Shown: in pieces, positions 18,808-26,763 of the stretch
Numbering within the stretch: the first letter of the stretch is position 1
How the letters are laid out: every line of letters starts with the position of its first letter
Source: an uncultured Actinomycetes bacterium
Lineage (GTDB): Bacteria > Actinomycetota > UBA4738 > HRBIN12
DNA length: 64,000 nucleotides
Direction: 5' to 3'
NCBI GenBank assembly: GCA_963749895.1
Contig: CAVVOG010000003.1
Coordinates: forward strand, 987,151 to 1,051,150
Position numbers and translations under genes: made by a program
The notes under the pieces: generated by a model
The model's database searches: none
Seen by the model: the letters and a program-made list of their open reading frames with translations, nothing else
Told to the model about the DNA's origin: nothing

Positions 18808-19704
18808 TCAGGCGCCGAAGAGCGCTTGGCTGGCGGGGACGGGGATCTCCTGACCGCGGGCCCGCGCGAGCGCGGCCACGATGGCTCGCCGCGCGATCAC
18901 CTCGGCCATCGCTGAGCGGTACGCGGCGGAGCCGCGGACGTCGCCGATCGGCGATGACCCGGCTGCGGTGGCTCGCGCCGCGGCCTCGATCGCGGGCTCT
19001 CCGCCGTCGGTGTCGACGAGCGCTCGCTCCGCCTCGGCGACCCTGCGGATCGTGGGCGCGAGGGCGGTGATCGCGATCCGGGCATCGCTGACCGCGTCAC
19101 CATCGACGGTGACGACGGCCGTCGCCCCGACGACGGCGATCTCCATGTGCCGCCGGTACTCGAGCCGGACGTACGCCGATCCGGTGTTCGGCGCCGGCGC
19201 GGGCAGATCGATCCCGAGCAGGAGCTCGTCCGGCGCGGCGCTCGTCGATCCGGGTCCCGTCCAGAGCTCGTCGAGCCCGACCGACCGGGTACCGGAGGCG
19301 GACGCGAGCGACGCGATCGCGCCGAAGCACAGCAGCGGCCCGCCCGTGTCCATCGCGGGGGAACCGTTCATCACGTTGCCCCCGATCGTGCCGTTCGCCC
19401 GGGTCGCGTGCGACCCCACGATCGCGGACGCGTCCGCGATCGCCGTGAAACGCCCGCGCACGACCGGATCCACCACCAGCTCGGCGTGGGTGGCCAGTGC
19501 GCCGAGATGGAGTCCTCCGTCGGCCTCGGTGACCCCTCGCAGCTCGGCGATCCGATCGATCGCGACGACGGCCTCGGGCAACGGCGCCTTGCCCTGCCGG
19601 GCGCCGACCACGAGGTCGGTACCGCCCGCGACCGGCCTCGCCCCGGCGCCGATCGCGTCGAGCGCCTCCCGGACCGTCGTCGCGGACGTGAAGGACCGCG
19701 TCAC
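18808..19704 (-). CDS. Molybdenum hydroxylase medium subunit (FAD-binding, CoxM/XdhB-like)
   Basis: FAD-binding PCMH domain (VAGGTDLVVG...GTIGGNV) and a CO-dehydrogenase flavoprotein C-terminal domain. I placed the start at GTG 19704, forming a GTGA overlap with the large-subunit stop. The upstream 550 codons of the track ORF are Arg-rich artifact. Confidence 0.8.
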   Translation of the reverse strand: MTRSFTSATTVREALDAIGAGARPVAGGTDLVVGARQGKAPLPEAVVAIDRIAELRGVTEADGGLHLGALATHAELVVDPVVRGRFTAIADASAIVGSHATRANGTIGGNVMNGSPAMDTGGPLLCFGAIASLASASGTRSVGLDELWTGPGSTSAAPDELLLGIDLPAPAPNTGSAYVRLEYRRHMEIAVVGATAVVTVDGDAVSDARIAITALAPTIRRVAEAERALVDTDGGEPAIEAAARATAAGSSPIGDVRGSAAYRSAMAEVIARRAIVAALARARGQEIPVPASQALFGA

Positions 19705-22007
19705 GCCTCCACCCCCTGCGAGGTCGCCCACACCCGTTCGGGTGTCATCGGCATCTGCCGCACCTGATCCCCGATCACCTTCGTGATCGCGTTCGCGATC
19801 GCCCCGGCCGTCGGCACCTGCGGGGGCTCGCCGACGCCCTTCGATCCCCGAGGGCCCGCGCCTGCCGTCGGGATCTGGATCCAGTCGACCTCGATCTCCG
19901 GAGCGTCCGAGCAGGTGACGAGCTTGTAGTCCAGGAGCGCGGGGTTCCGCTGGCGGCCCTGGTCGTCCAAGATCGTGCCCTCGGACAGCGCGAGGCCGAC
20001 GCCCATCACCACGCCGCCGGTGACCTGACCGTCGGCGCCCTTGCGGTTCAAGATGATCCCCGAGTCGTGGGCGGCCGCGATCTTCAGCACCCGAACCACG
20101 CCCGTGCTGCGGTCCACCTTCACGTGAGCGGCATGGGTGATCAGCTGGGGCGCCAGGAACGTCTCGTTCCCCAGTCGTCCGACGCACCCGCCCGTGTCGC
20201 CCGTGGGCGCATCGGGGACCTCGCCCGAGCCCTTCCCGTGGATCGTCGCCTCGGCCGCCAGGTCGGCGATCGTCACCGATCGGTCGGGCGATCCCTTCAC
20301 GCGGACGCTCCCCTCGACCAGCTCGAGGTCCTCTCGGTCTGCCTCCAGCTGGGACGCGGCGGCGTCGAGCAGCTGCTCCCTGACGTCGGCGGCGGCGGCC
20401 AGGATCGCGCGCCCGCTGTTGAACGTGGTCTGCGAGCCGCACGAGCCCATGTCCCAGTTCGCCGCGGCGGTGTCCTGATACAGGATCGTGAAGTCCTCGG
20501 GCTGCATCCCGAGCTCCTCCGCCACGAACATCGGCATCGCCATCACCGCGCCGCTGCCGTTCTCCTGGGCGCCCGTCACGATCGTGCCGCTCCCGTCGCC
20601 GTTGATGTGGACGTAGGCGCCCGAAGGGGCCGGCATGGAGGGCCACCACCCGACCGCGACACCGATCGCCTCGTCCTCGGGGAGGTCGCGGCCGTACCCG
20701 ATCATCTCGGTGGCCCGCTCGAGCGTCTGCTTCACCCCGAGCGCATCGAACACCTGGCGCGTCGGCCCCTCGGCGCCCTCCTCGATCAAGGTGCGGCGGC
20801 GCAGTTCGACGGGGTCCATGTCGATCGCGCGGGCGATCTCGTCCATGTGCTGCTCGAGCCCCCAACAGACCTGCGGAGCCGTCGGAGCCCGCACGGAACC
20901 CGAGGGTTGGTTGTTCGTGTAGTTCAGGTGGGACTCGATCGCGATGTTCTCGATCCGATACGGGCCGCAGGCGTGCATCGCCGCCATCTGCCCGAGGAAG
21001 CCGCCCTCGCCGCAGTACGCGCCCTTGTCCAGCACGAGCCTGGCCTTGCGGGCGACCAGGCGGCCGTCGCGGGTCACGCCGGTCTCGAACTCCATCACGA
21101 TGCCCTCGCGGCGCTGCGCGATCGCCACGAACTCCTCGCGGCGGCTGAAGACGAGCTTCACCGGGCGGCGCGCCGCGCGGGCGAGCGCCGCGACCTGCGC
21201 CTCGAAGTGCAGGTCGCACTTCGCGCCGAACCCCCCGCCCAGCAGCGGGACGACGATCCGGACGTTCGCCTCGGCGATCTGGAGGGTCTGCGCCACCCCC
21301 GCCCGTGCGGCGTACGGGACCTGGGTCGACGACCAGATCGTGACCTCGTCTCCCTGCCACTGCGCGACGACGGCGCGAGGTTCGATCGGGACCCCCTGCG
21401 AGGCATCGGAGACGTAACGGCCCTTCACGACGACGTCGGCCTGCGACATCGCGGTGTCCGCATCCCCCTTCACGATCGTGTGGTAGGCCATCGTGTTGCC
21501 GGTCGCGACGATGTTCTCGTCCTTCTCGTACGCGTCCAGGTCCGGGTGGATCAGGGGCGCGGCGGGGTCCATCGCCGCCACGAAGTCGGTGACCGCCGGG
21601 AGCGGTTCGTACTCGACCTCGATCAGCCGCACGGCCTCGATGGCGATCTCCTCGGTGAGCGCCGCGACGCCCGCGACGATCTCACCTTCGAACCGCACGA
21701 GGTCCTTCGCGAACAAGGTCCGGTCCTGGACGAACCCCCCGAACCGGACGTCGGGGAGATCGTCCTGGGTCACGACGGCGACGACACCCGGAAACGCCTT
21801 CGCCTTCGACGTGTCGATCGACACGATCCTCGCGTGCGGGTGATCGGCGTAGCGGAACTTCGCGATCGCCATGCCGGTGAGGGTCAGATCCGCGGTGTAC
21901 CGACCGGTCCCGGTCACCTTCTCGTGGCCGTCGGGGCGGATGAACATGGGCGCGGTCGAGGTGTCCGTCGGTGTCACGCTGAAGGTCTCCTTCCGATGGG
22001 CGAGCAT
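19701..22007 (-). CDS. Molybdenum hydroxylase large subunit (molybdopterin-binding, XDH family)
   Basis: 768 aa with aldehyde-oxidase/xanthine-dehydrogenase a/b-hammerhead and MoCo-binding domains (GGGFGAK). The CODH-specific loops AYRCSFR or AYRGAGR were not seen, so the substrate is unassigned. The start could also be Met21 at 21947. Confidence 0.85.
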   Translation of the reverse strand: MLAHRKETFSVTPTDTSTAPMFIRPDGHEKVTGTGRYTADLTLTGMAIAKFRYADHPHARIVSIDTSKAKAFPGVVAVVTQDDLPDVRFGGFVQDRTLFAKDLVRFEGEIVAGVAALTEEIAIEAVRLIEVEYEPLPAVTDFVAAMDPAAPLIHPDLDAYEKDENIVATGNTMAYHTIVKGDADTAMSQADVVVKGRYVSDASQGVPIEPRAVVAQWQGDEVTIWSSTQVPYAARAGVAQTLQIAEANVRIVVPLLGGGFGAKCDLHFEAQVAALARAARRPVKLVFSRREEFVAIAQRREGIVMEFETGVTRDGRLVARKARLVLDKGAYCGEGGFLGQMAAMHACGPYRIENIAIESHLNYTNNQPSGSVRAPTAPQVCWGLEQHMDEIARAIDMDPVELRRRTLIEEGAEGPTRQVFDALGVKQTLERATEMIGYGRDLPEDEAIGVAVGWWPSMPAPSGAYVHINGDGSGTIVTGAQENGSGAVMAMPMFVAEELGMQPEDFTILYQDTAAANWDMGSCGSQTTFNSGRAILAAAADVREQLLDAAASQLEADREDLELVEGSVRVKGSPDRSVTIADLAAEATIHGKGSGEVPDAPTGDTGGCVGRLGNETFLAPQLITHAAHVKVDRSTGVVRVLKIAAAHDSGIILNRKGADGQVTGGVVMGVGLALSEGTILDDQGRQRNPALLDYKLVTCSDAPEIEVDWIQIPTAGAGPRGSKGVGEPPQVPTAGAIANAITKVIGDQVRQMPMTPERVWATSQGVEA

Positions 22008-22023
22008 CGTACCGGGCGAGCGC

Positions 22024-22617
22024 TCAGGCGTGCAGCCCGAGGCTGTAGCTCTGCAGAGCTTCGTACCTGGGGGCGGGCCGCTGCAGATGGCTGCGGAACA
22101 GCACCACCCGATCGACCCGCCACGCGATCGGTCGCACCGGCACGGCCAGATCCCCCTCGGTCAACGTCAGCGGTGGGTCGCTTCGCGCCAGGGTGAGATG
22201 GGCGGAGAAGGGCCGGCGGTCACGAGGGAACTCGGACTCGAGCGCCCCCTGGACCGCGGAGGCGGCACCCGCCAACGCCCCCGACGGTTCGTCGTGCAAG
22301 CCGACCCACACGACGCGCGCACGTGAGGGGGTTCGGAACGCCCCGAGGCCGTCGAGCCGCACCTCGAACGCCACCAGCCCCTCCGCGGCCTCGGCGATGC
22401 GCTCACGCACCCAACCTTCGAGGCGTGGCCACGTCTGGCCCAGGAATGCCAGCGTCACGTGCTGGTTCTCGGGCGGCGCCCACCGCGCCTTCGGGAACCG
22501 CTCCCGCAGACCTGCGGTGGCGTCGGCCGCCGCGGCTTTCGCCGCGTCGGGGACCTCCACCGCCACGAACAGCCGAAGGGCCTTCGCCTCCGGCCGGGAG
22601 CTGCGATCGCGTGCCAT
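22024..22617 (-). CDS. thpR: RNA 2',3'-cyclic phosphodiesterase (2H family, ThpR/LigT)
   Basis: Two HxTL motifs (HVTLAFLG, HLTLARS). Start is ATG 22617, overlapping the cinA stop. The upstream track extension is artifact. Confidence 0.8.
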   Translation of the reverse strand: MARDRSSRPEAKALRLFVAVEVPDAAKAAAADATAGLRERFPKARWAPPENQHVTLAFLGQTWPRLEGWVRERIAEAAEGLVAFEVRLDGLGAFRTPSRARVVWVGLHDEPSGALAGAASAVQGALESEFPRDRRPFSAHLTLARSDPPLTLTEGDLAVPVRPIAWRVDRVVLFRSHLQRPAPRYEALQSYSLGLHA

Positions 22618-23885
22618 CAGATCGTCGTGTCGGACGTCGGCAGGGGCCGCCCCTCGAGGTACCGACGGACCAGGTCGAGCACGGCCTGCTGCGCCCATCT
22701 GATCACCCGGTCGCGCTCGCCCTTGACCCGGAACCCGCGTGCATGCGTCACCTCGTCGGTGTCCAGCGCGATCCAGATCGTGCCGGGTGGCTGCCCACCG
22801 TGAGGCTCGGGCCCGGCGGCCCCCGTCAGCGAGATCCCGACATCGGCCCCCAGCAGCCTTCGGACGCCTGCGGCCATCTCGCGCGCACACGCCTCGCTCA
22901 CCACCCCAGGACCCTCCAGGGTCTCCGCCCGGACGGCGAGGACGTCCCGCTTGACGTCCTCCTGGTACGCGACGAGGCCACCGCGGAACGCGTCGGAGGC
23001 CCCCGGCACGCCGGCCAGCCGAGCGCTCACTCCCCCGCCCGTGAGCGATTCCGCGCAAGCGATCGTGCGACGGCTGCTCCGGAGCAGCGCGAGGACCTCC
23101 TCCTCGAGCGACCGATCGCGATCGGAGAACACCGCATCGCCCAGGCGCGTCCGGACCTCGGCGACGAGCGGCGCGAGGAGCGCCTCGGCCTCGCGCTCGG
23201 TGGACGCCTTCGCGGTCAGACGGACCTTCACCTCACCGGCGCTCGCGAGGAACGCCACCGTGGGATTGACGGACCCCTCGTACAGGTCGCCGAGCAGCTC
23301 AGCGACGGCCGACTCCCCGACCCCTGTGAGACGCAGCACCTGCGACACGATCGTGCCGGCCCCCGCCATGGCGGCGAGCTCGGGCAGGATCGTCCCCTCC
23401 ATCATCTCGACCATCTCGCGGGGGACACCGGGGACCGCGTAGAGACGGCGGCCACGCCCCAGGTCGGCGATCAGGCCAGGTGCGGTCCCACGCTCGGGCA
23501 CGATCCACCGGACCCCTTCGGGGACCTGGGCCTGACGCAGGTTCGACTCGGGCATGGGCGCCGACGAGAACCCGGCGAACTTCTGGCGCAGCAGTGACTC
23601 GATCTCATCGTGATGGACCAGCCTGGCGTCCAGCATCGAGGCGATCGCGTCGCGGGTAAGGTCGTCCTGCGTCGGCCCGAGACCCCCGCACACGAGGACC
23701 ACCTCGGCGCGGTCGGATGCCTCGCGGAGCGTGTCGACGATCCGCCGGAGGTTGTCGCCGACGACCCGGTGATGGAGCACGTCGATGCCGATCGTGGCCA
23801 GACGCTCGGACATCCACCGAGCGTTCGAGTTCACGATCTGCCCCAGGAGGAGCTCGGTGCCGACGGCGACGATCTCCGCCCTCAC
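22617..23885 (-). CDS. cinA: Competence/damage-inducible protein CinA (MocF-like N-domain plus PncC-type NMN deamidase C-domain)
   Basis: MRAEIVAVGTELLLGQIVNSNARW...CGGLGPTQDDLT, with a C-terminal CinA domain. GTG start, forming a GTGA overlap with the upstream gene. Confidence 0.9.
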   Translation of the reverse strand: MRAEIVAVGTELLLGQIVNSNARWMSERLATIGIDVLHHRVVGDNLRRIVDTLREASDRAEVVLVCGGLGPTQDDLTRDAIASMLDARLVHHDEIESLLRQKFAGFSSAPMPESNLRQAQVPEGVRWIVPERGTAPGLIADLGRGRRLYAVPGVPREMVEMMEGTILPELAAMAGAGTIVSQVLRLTGVGESAVAELLGDLYEGSVNPTVAFLASAGEVKVRLTAKASTEREAEALLAPLVAEVRTRLGDAVFSDRDRSLEEEVLALLRSSRRTIACAESLTGGGVSARLAGVPGASDAFRGGLVAYQEDVKRDVLAVRAETLEGPGVVSEACAREMAAGVRRLLGADVGISLTGAAGPEPHGGQPPGTIWIALDTDEVTHARGFRVKGERDRVIRWAQQAVLDLVRRYLEGRPLPTSDTTI

Positions 23886-24643
23886 GTCGGCTCCGGACTC
23901 GACGTGGCCTTGGGTGGGGACACGGGCATGTCCGCCACGGTGAAGGTCTCCGTCCAGGGTTGGCCGAACGTCCCGGGGGTGCCCCGATCCACGCCGGCGA
24001 CCGACAGGCTCACGAGCCCTCCGTCGCTCACCTGGACCACGAGCTCCTGCGCGGCCGAGTACGAGATCACCTCGCCCGCCCTCAGGGTCACCGCCTCGAT
24101 CGGCTCGCCGTCGGCGATCGCCGACGCGGTCACCTCCTCGGTCGCGGTGAGAGCCACGTCGATCCCGGGGATCAGGTCGGACTCCGGAGGCGCCGAGGGC
24201 GCGGTCACCGTCGCGATCGGATCGGGAGGCGGGGCACCGCGCCGCGACACGAGGCCGACCGCGATCAGCGCCACCAGGACGACCACGGCGGCGATCAGGA
24301 GGAAGCGCTGGTTGTCACGGACACGCGTCGCCGCGATCGCACGCTCGACACGGCCCATCTTCCCCGGCGGCGAGGGAGGCGGGCGTTCCTCCGCATGGCG
24401 TGCGTAGGCACGGACGACCTTCTCCGGGTCCAGGCCGAGGTACTGCGCGTAGGTCCGCAGCGTGGCCCGCGCGTACACCTCGCCGCCGAACGCCTCGAAA
24501 TCCTCGTCCTCGAGCGCGCGGAGCTGCGCGGCGGACAACCGCGTGTCGCGGACGGCGTCGTCGATCGTGACCTGGCGGATCGTGCGCGCGCGACGCAGCG
24601 CCGACCCGACCCCGATCGAGGTGGGGGGAACCTTCCCGGCCAT
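23882..24643 (-). CDS. RodZ-like HTH (XRE) membrane protein
   Basis: N-terminal HTH (RRARTIRQVTIDDAVRDTRLSAAQLRALE), a single TM helix (FLLIAAVVVLVALIAVGLV) and a C-terminal DUF4115-like region. It is positioned upstream of cinA like Firmicute ymfM/rodZ. Confidence 0.7.
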   Translation of the reverse strand: MAGKVPPTSIGVGSALRRARTIRQVTIDDAVRDTRLSAAQLRALEDEDFEAFGGEVYARATLRTYAQYLGLDPEKVVRAYARHAEERPPPSPPGKMGRVERAIAATRVRDNQRFLLIAAVVVLVALIAVGLVSRRGAPPPDPIATVTAPSAPPESDLIPGIDVALTATEEVTASAIADGEPIEAVTLRAGEVISYSAAQELVVQVSDGGLVSLSVAGVDRGTPGTFGQPWTETFTVADMPVSPPKATSSPEPT

Positions 24644-24687
24644 GGTGCGGGTGATGGTACTGCGCCGTCCACGGCTAGACTCCGGAC

Positions 24688-25173
24688 ATGTCCGACCTGC
24701 TCACGATCGTCGTGGAGATCCCCAAGGGTTCCCGGAACAAGTACGAGATGGACCATGAGACCGGGGACATCTGGCTCGACCGGATGCTCTTCACCTCGAT
24801 GCAGTACCCGGCCGACTACGGCTTCATCCAAGGGACGCTCGGCGGCGACGGCGATCCTCTCGACGCGCTCGTGTTCGTCGGCGAGCCGACCTTCCCGGGA
24901 TGCCGTATCTCCGCGCGTCCGATCGGCCTGTTCCGGATGACCGACGAGAAGGGCGAGGACGAGAAGATCCTGTGCGTCCCCCCGCAGGACCCGTTGTGGG
25001 GCCATATCGCCGATCTCCAGGGACTCCCCCTCACGGTGATGAACGAGATCGAGCACTTCTTCCAGGTCTACAAGGACCTCGAGGGACACAAGGTCTCGAC
25101 CGAGGGGTTCGAACCGCGTGCGTCGGCCGAACGCGTGATCGCCGAGGCCCGGTCCCGCACAGACGCTCACTGA
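24688..25173 (+). CDS. ppa: Inorganic pyrophosphatase
   Basis: Family I PPase motifs (EIPKGSRNKYE, DGDPLDALV). Confidence 0.95.
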   Translation: MSDLLTIVVEIPKGSRNKYEMDHETGDIWLDRMLFTSMQYPADYGFIQGTLGGDGDPLDALVFVGEPTFPGCRISARPIGLFRMTDEKGEDEKILCVPPQDPLWGHIADLQGLPLTVMNEIEHFFQVYKDLEGHKVSTEGFEPRASAERVIAEARSRTDAH

Positions 25174-25272
25174 CCCCGTTCGCCCTCCCGTATCGGGCCC
25201 GATACGGGGAGGATCGGGAACCGCCCCTCCCCGCGGGTGCCGGCCGTCTCGACGTGCCAGGATGGGTCCCCG

Positions 25273-26271
25273 ATGACCCCGCTCCCGCGCCGCGGATCTC
25301 GCGTCTACGTCCGTCAGCTCGGTCCCGACGACCGCGACCCGTTCCTCGCCGCGGTTCGACGCAGCCGACGGCTGCACCACCCCTGGGTCGCGCCCCCGAC
25401 CACCCAGGAGGATTACGACCGGTACGTCACCCCCGATCCCTCGCGCGTGGCCCTCGGCGTGTTCCGCATCGGGGATGCCGCACTGGTCGGCGTCGTGAAC
25501 CTCTCCCCGATCGTCCGAGGCGCGTTCCAGAGCGCGTTCATGGGCTACTACGCGTTCACGCCGCACGCCCGCAAGGGGTACCTGCGCGAGGGGATCGAGT
25601 TGGCCGTGCGACACGCCTTCGACGAACTCGGCCTGCACCGGATCCAGGCGAACGTGCGGCCGGAGAACGTCGCGTCCAGCGAACTGCTCCGCTCGCTCGG
25701 TTTCCGGCTCGAGTCCCACTCCCCCCGCTACCTCTTCCTGGACGGCGCGTGGCGAGACCACCTCGGGTTCGTCCGTCTGAACGAACCCGAGCCCCCCGTC
25801 CTGGGGGCCCACGGGCCGATCACCCTCCACGGCGTCGACTCAACGACCGGGCGGGGGTTGTGGAAGATCGAGGCCACGCCCGACCAGGCGCGCTGGGTGG
25901 CGGGGGTTCCCCACTACCTCGCCCTGTGTCTCACGTTCGGCGAATGGCAGCCGCTCGCGATCCGCGCCGACGGACGCCCGGTCGGGTTCGTGATGTGGGC
26001 GCGCGATCCCGCCGACGGTAGCTACTGGATCGGTGGGTTCGTGATCGACCGCCGCGAACAGGCCAAGGGGTACGGACGGGCCGCGCTCACGGCGCTGATC
26101 GAGATGCTCCGCGGGAAGCCAGGATGCCGGGAGATCGCGCTGTCGTACGGGCCGGACAACGAGGCGGCCAAGAGCCTCTACGGGTCCCTCGGGTTCGTCG
26201 AGACCGGCGAGGTGGAGGGCGATGAGATGGTCGCGCGCCTGCGGGTCGGCGGGTCGCGGCGCAGGGCCTAG
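25273..26271 (+). CDS. GNAT family N-acetyltransferase (tandem GNAT / RimL-like)
   Basis: Two acetyltransferase-like halves. I placed the start at the internal Met (MTPLPRRGSRVYVRQL); the track starts 36 nt earlier. Confidence 0.7.
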   Translation: MTPLPRRGSRVYVRQLGPDDRDPFLAAVRRSRRLHHPWVAPPTTQEDYDRYVTPDPSRVALGVFRIGDAALVGVVNLSPIVRGAFQSAFMGYYAFTPHARKGYLREGIELAVRHAFDELGLHRIQANVRPENVASSELLRSLGFRLESHSPRYLFLDGAWRDHLGFVRLNEPEPPVLGAHGPITLHGVDSTTGRGLWKIEATPDQARWVAGVPHYLALCLTFGEWQPLAIRADGRPVGFVMWARDPADGSYWIGGFVIDRREQAKGYGRAALTALIEMLRGKPGCREIALSYGPDNEAAKSLYGSLGFVETGEVEGDEMVARLRVGGSRRRA

Positions 26272-26364
26272 GTCCGAGGACGTGGCGATGACCGAGCGAA
26301 GTAGCCCTCTGGCCGCTGGCGTCCCCCGGGTGGGTGACTAGCATCCTCCTCGGGAGGGACATCG

Positions 26365-26757
26365 ATGGAGGCGGAGGACATGCGAACGACGACCGAGGAA
26401 GGCTCGCCGCTGGCCGCGCTCCGTGAACCGGTCGTCGCACCGGACGCGCTCGCCGAGGGCCCGGTTCGCTTCTTGCTGGTGTCCGGCTCACGCGACAACG
26501 GCCGCTGGGGGCTGGTGGGGGCGTTCTGGCTGTCGATCGACGGACGGCGCGGCGGCTTCCTCGTGTCCCCGGAGGCGATCTGGCAGGGCTCGGAGATGGT
26601 GCGGAGCCTCAGGAGCGCGATCGGGCGTGGATGGACCCATGAGGACGTCTACCGCTGGTGGCAGACGCAGGTGGGCGCCGTCGGCAACGTGATGATCGAC
26701 CCGCAGCAGCACGCCGACACCTTGTTCCAGGTGGCGCGGCGCGTCGGCGCCCTCTAG
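26365..26757 (+). CDS. Hypothetical protein (130 aa, Trp-rich, no recognizable domain)
   Basis: Clean ORF with normal amino-acid composition and a GGGAGGG SD sequence 7 nt upstream of ATG 26365. No family was recognized. Confidence 0.5.
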   Translation: MEAEDMRTTTEEGSPLAALREPVVAPDALAEGPVRFLLVSGSRDNGRWGLVGAFWLSIDGRRGGFLVSPEAIWQGSEMVRSLRSAIGRGWTHEDVYRWWQTQVGAVGNVMIDPQQHADTLFQVARRVGAL

Positions 26758-26763
26758 CGCTGG

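Noticed and set aside
18808-21360. Arg-rich N-terminal extensions on track ORFs. Examples: the first ~550 aa of 18808..21360, ~246 aa of 9518..11350, ~160 aa of 35644..36912, ~157 aa of 49802..51322, ~152 aa of 50848..51768, ~147 aa of 22024..23058, ~100 aa of 33482..34414 and ~284 aa of 61280..62830.
   Set aside because: The conserved protein begins at an internal ATG/GTG that abuts or overlaps the upstream gene's stop. The upstream portions run through the neighbouring gene in another frame and have junk composition.
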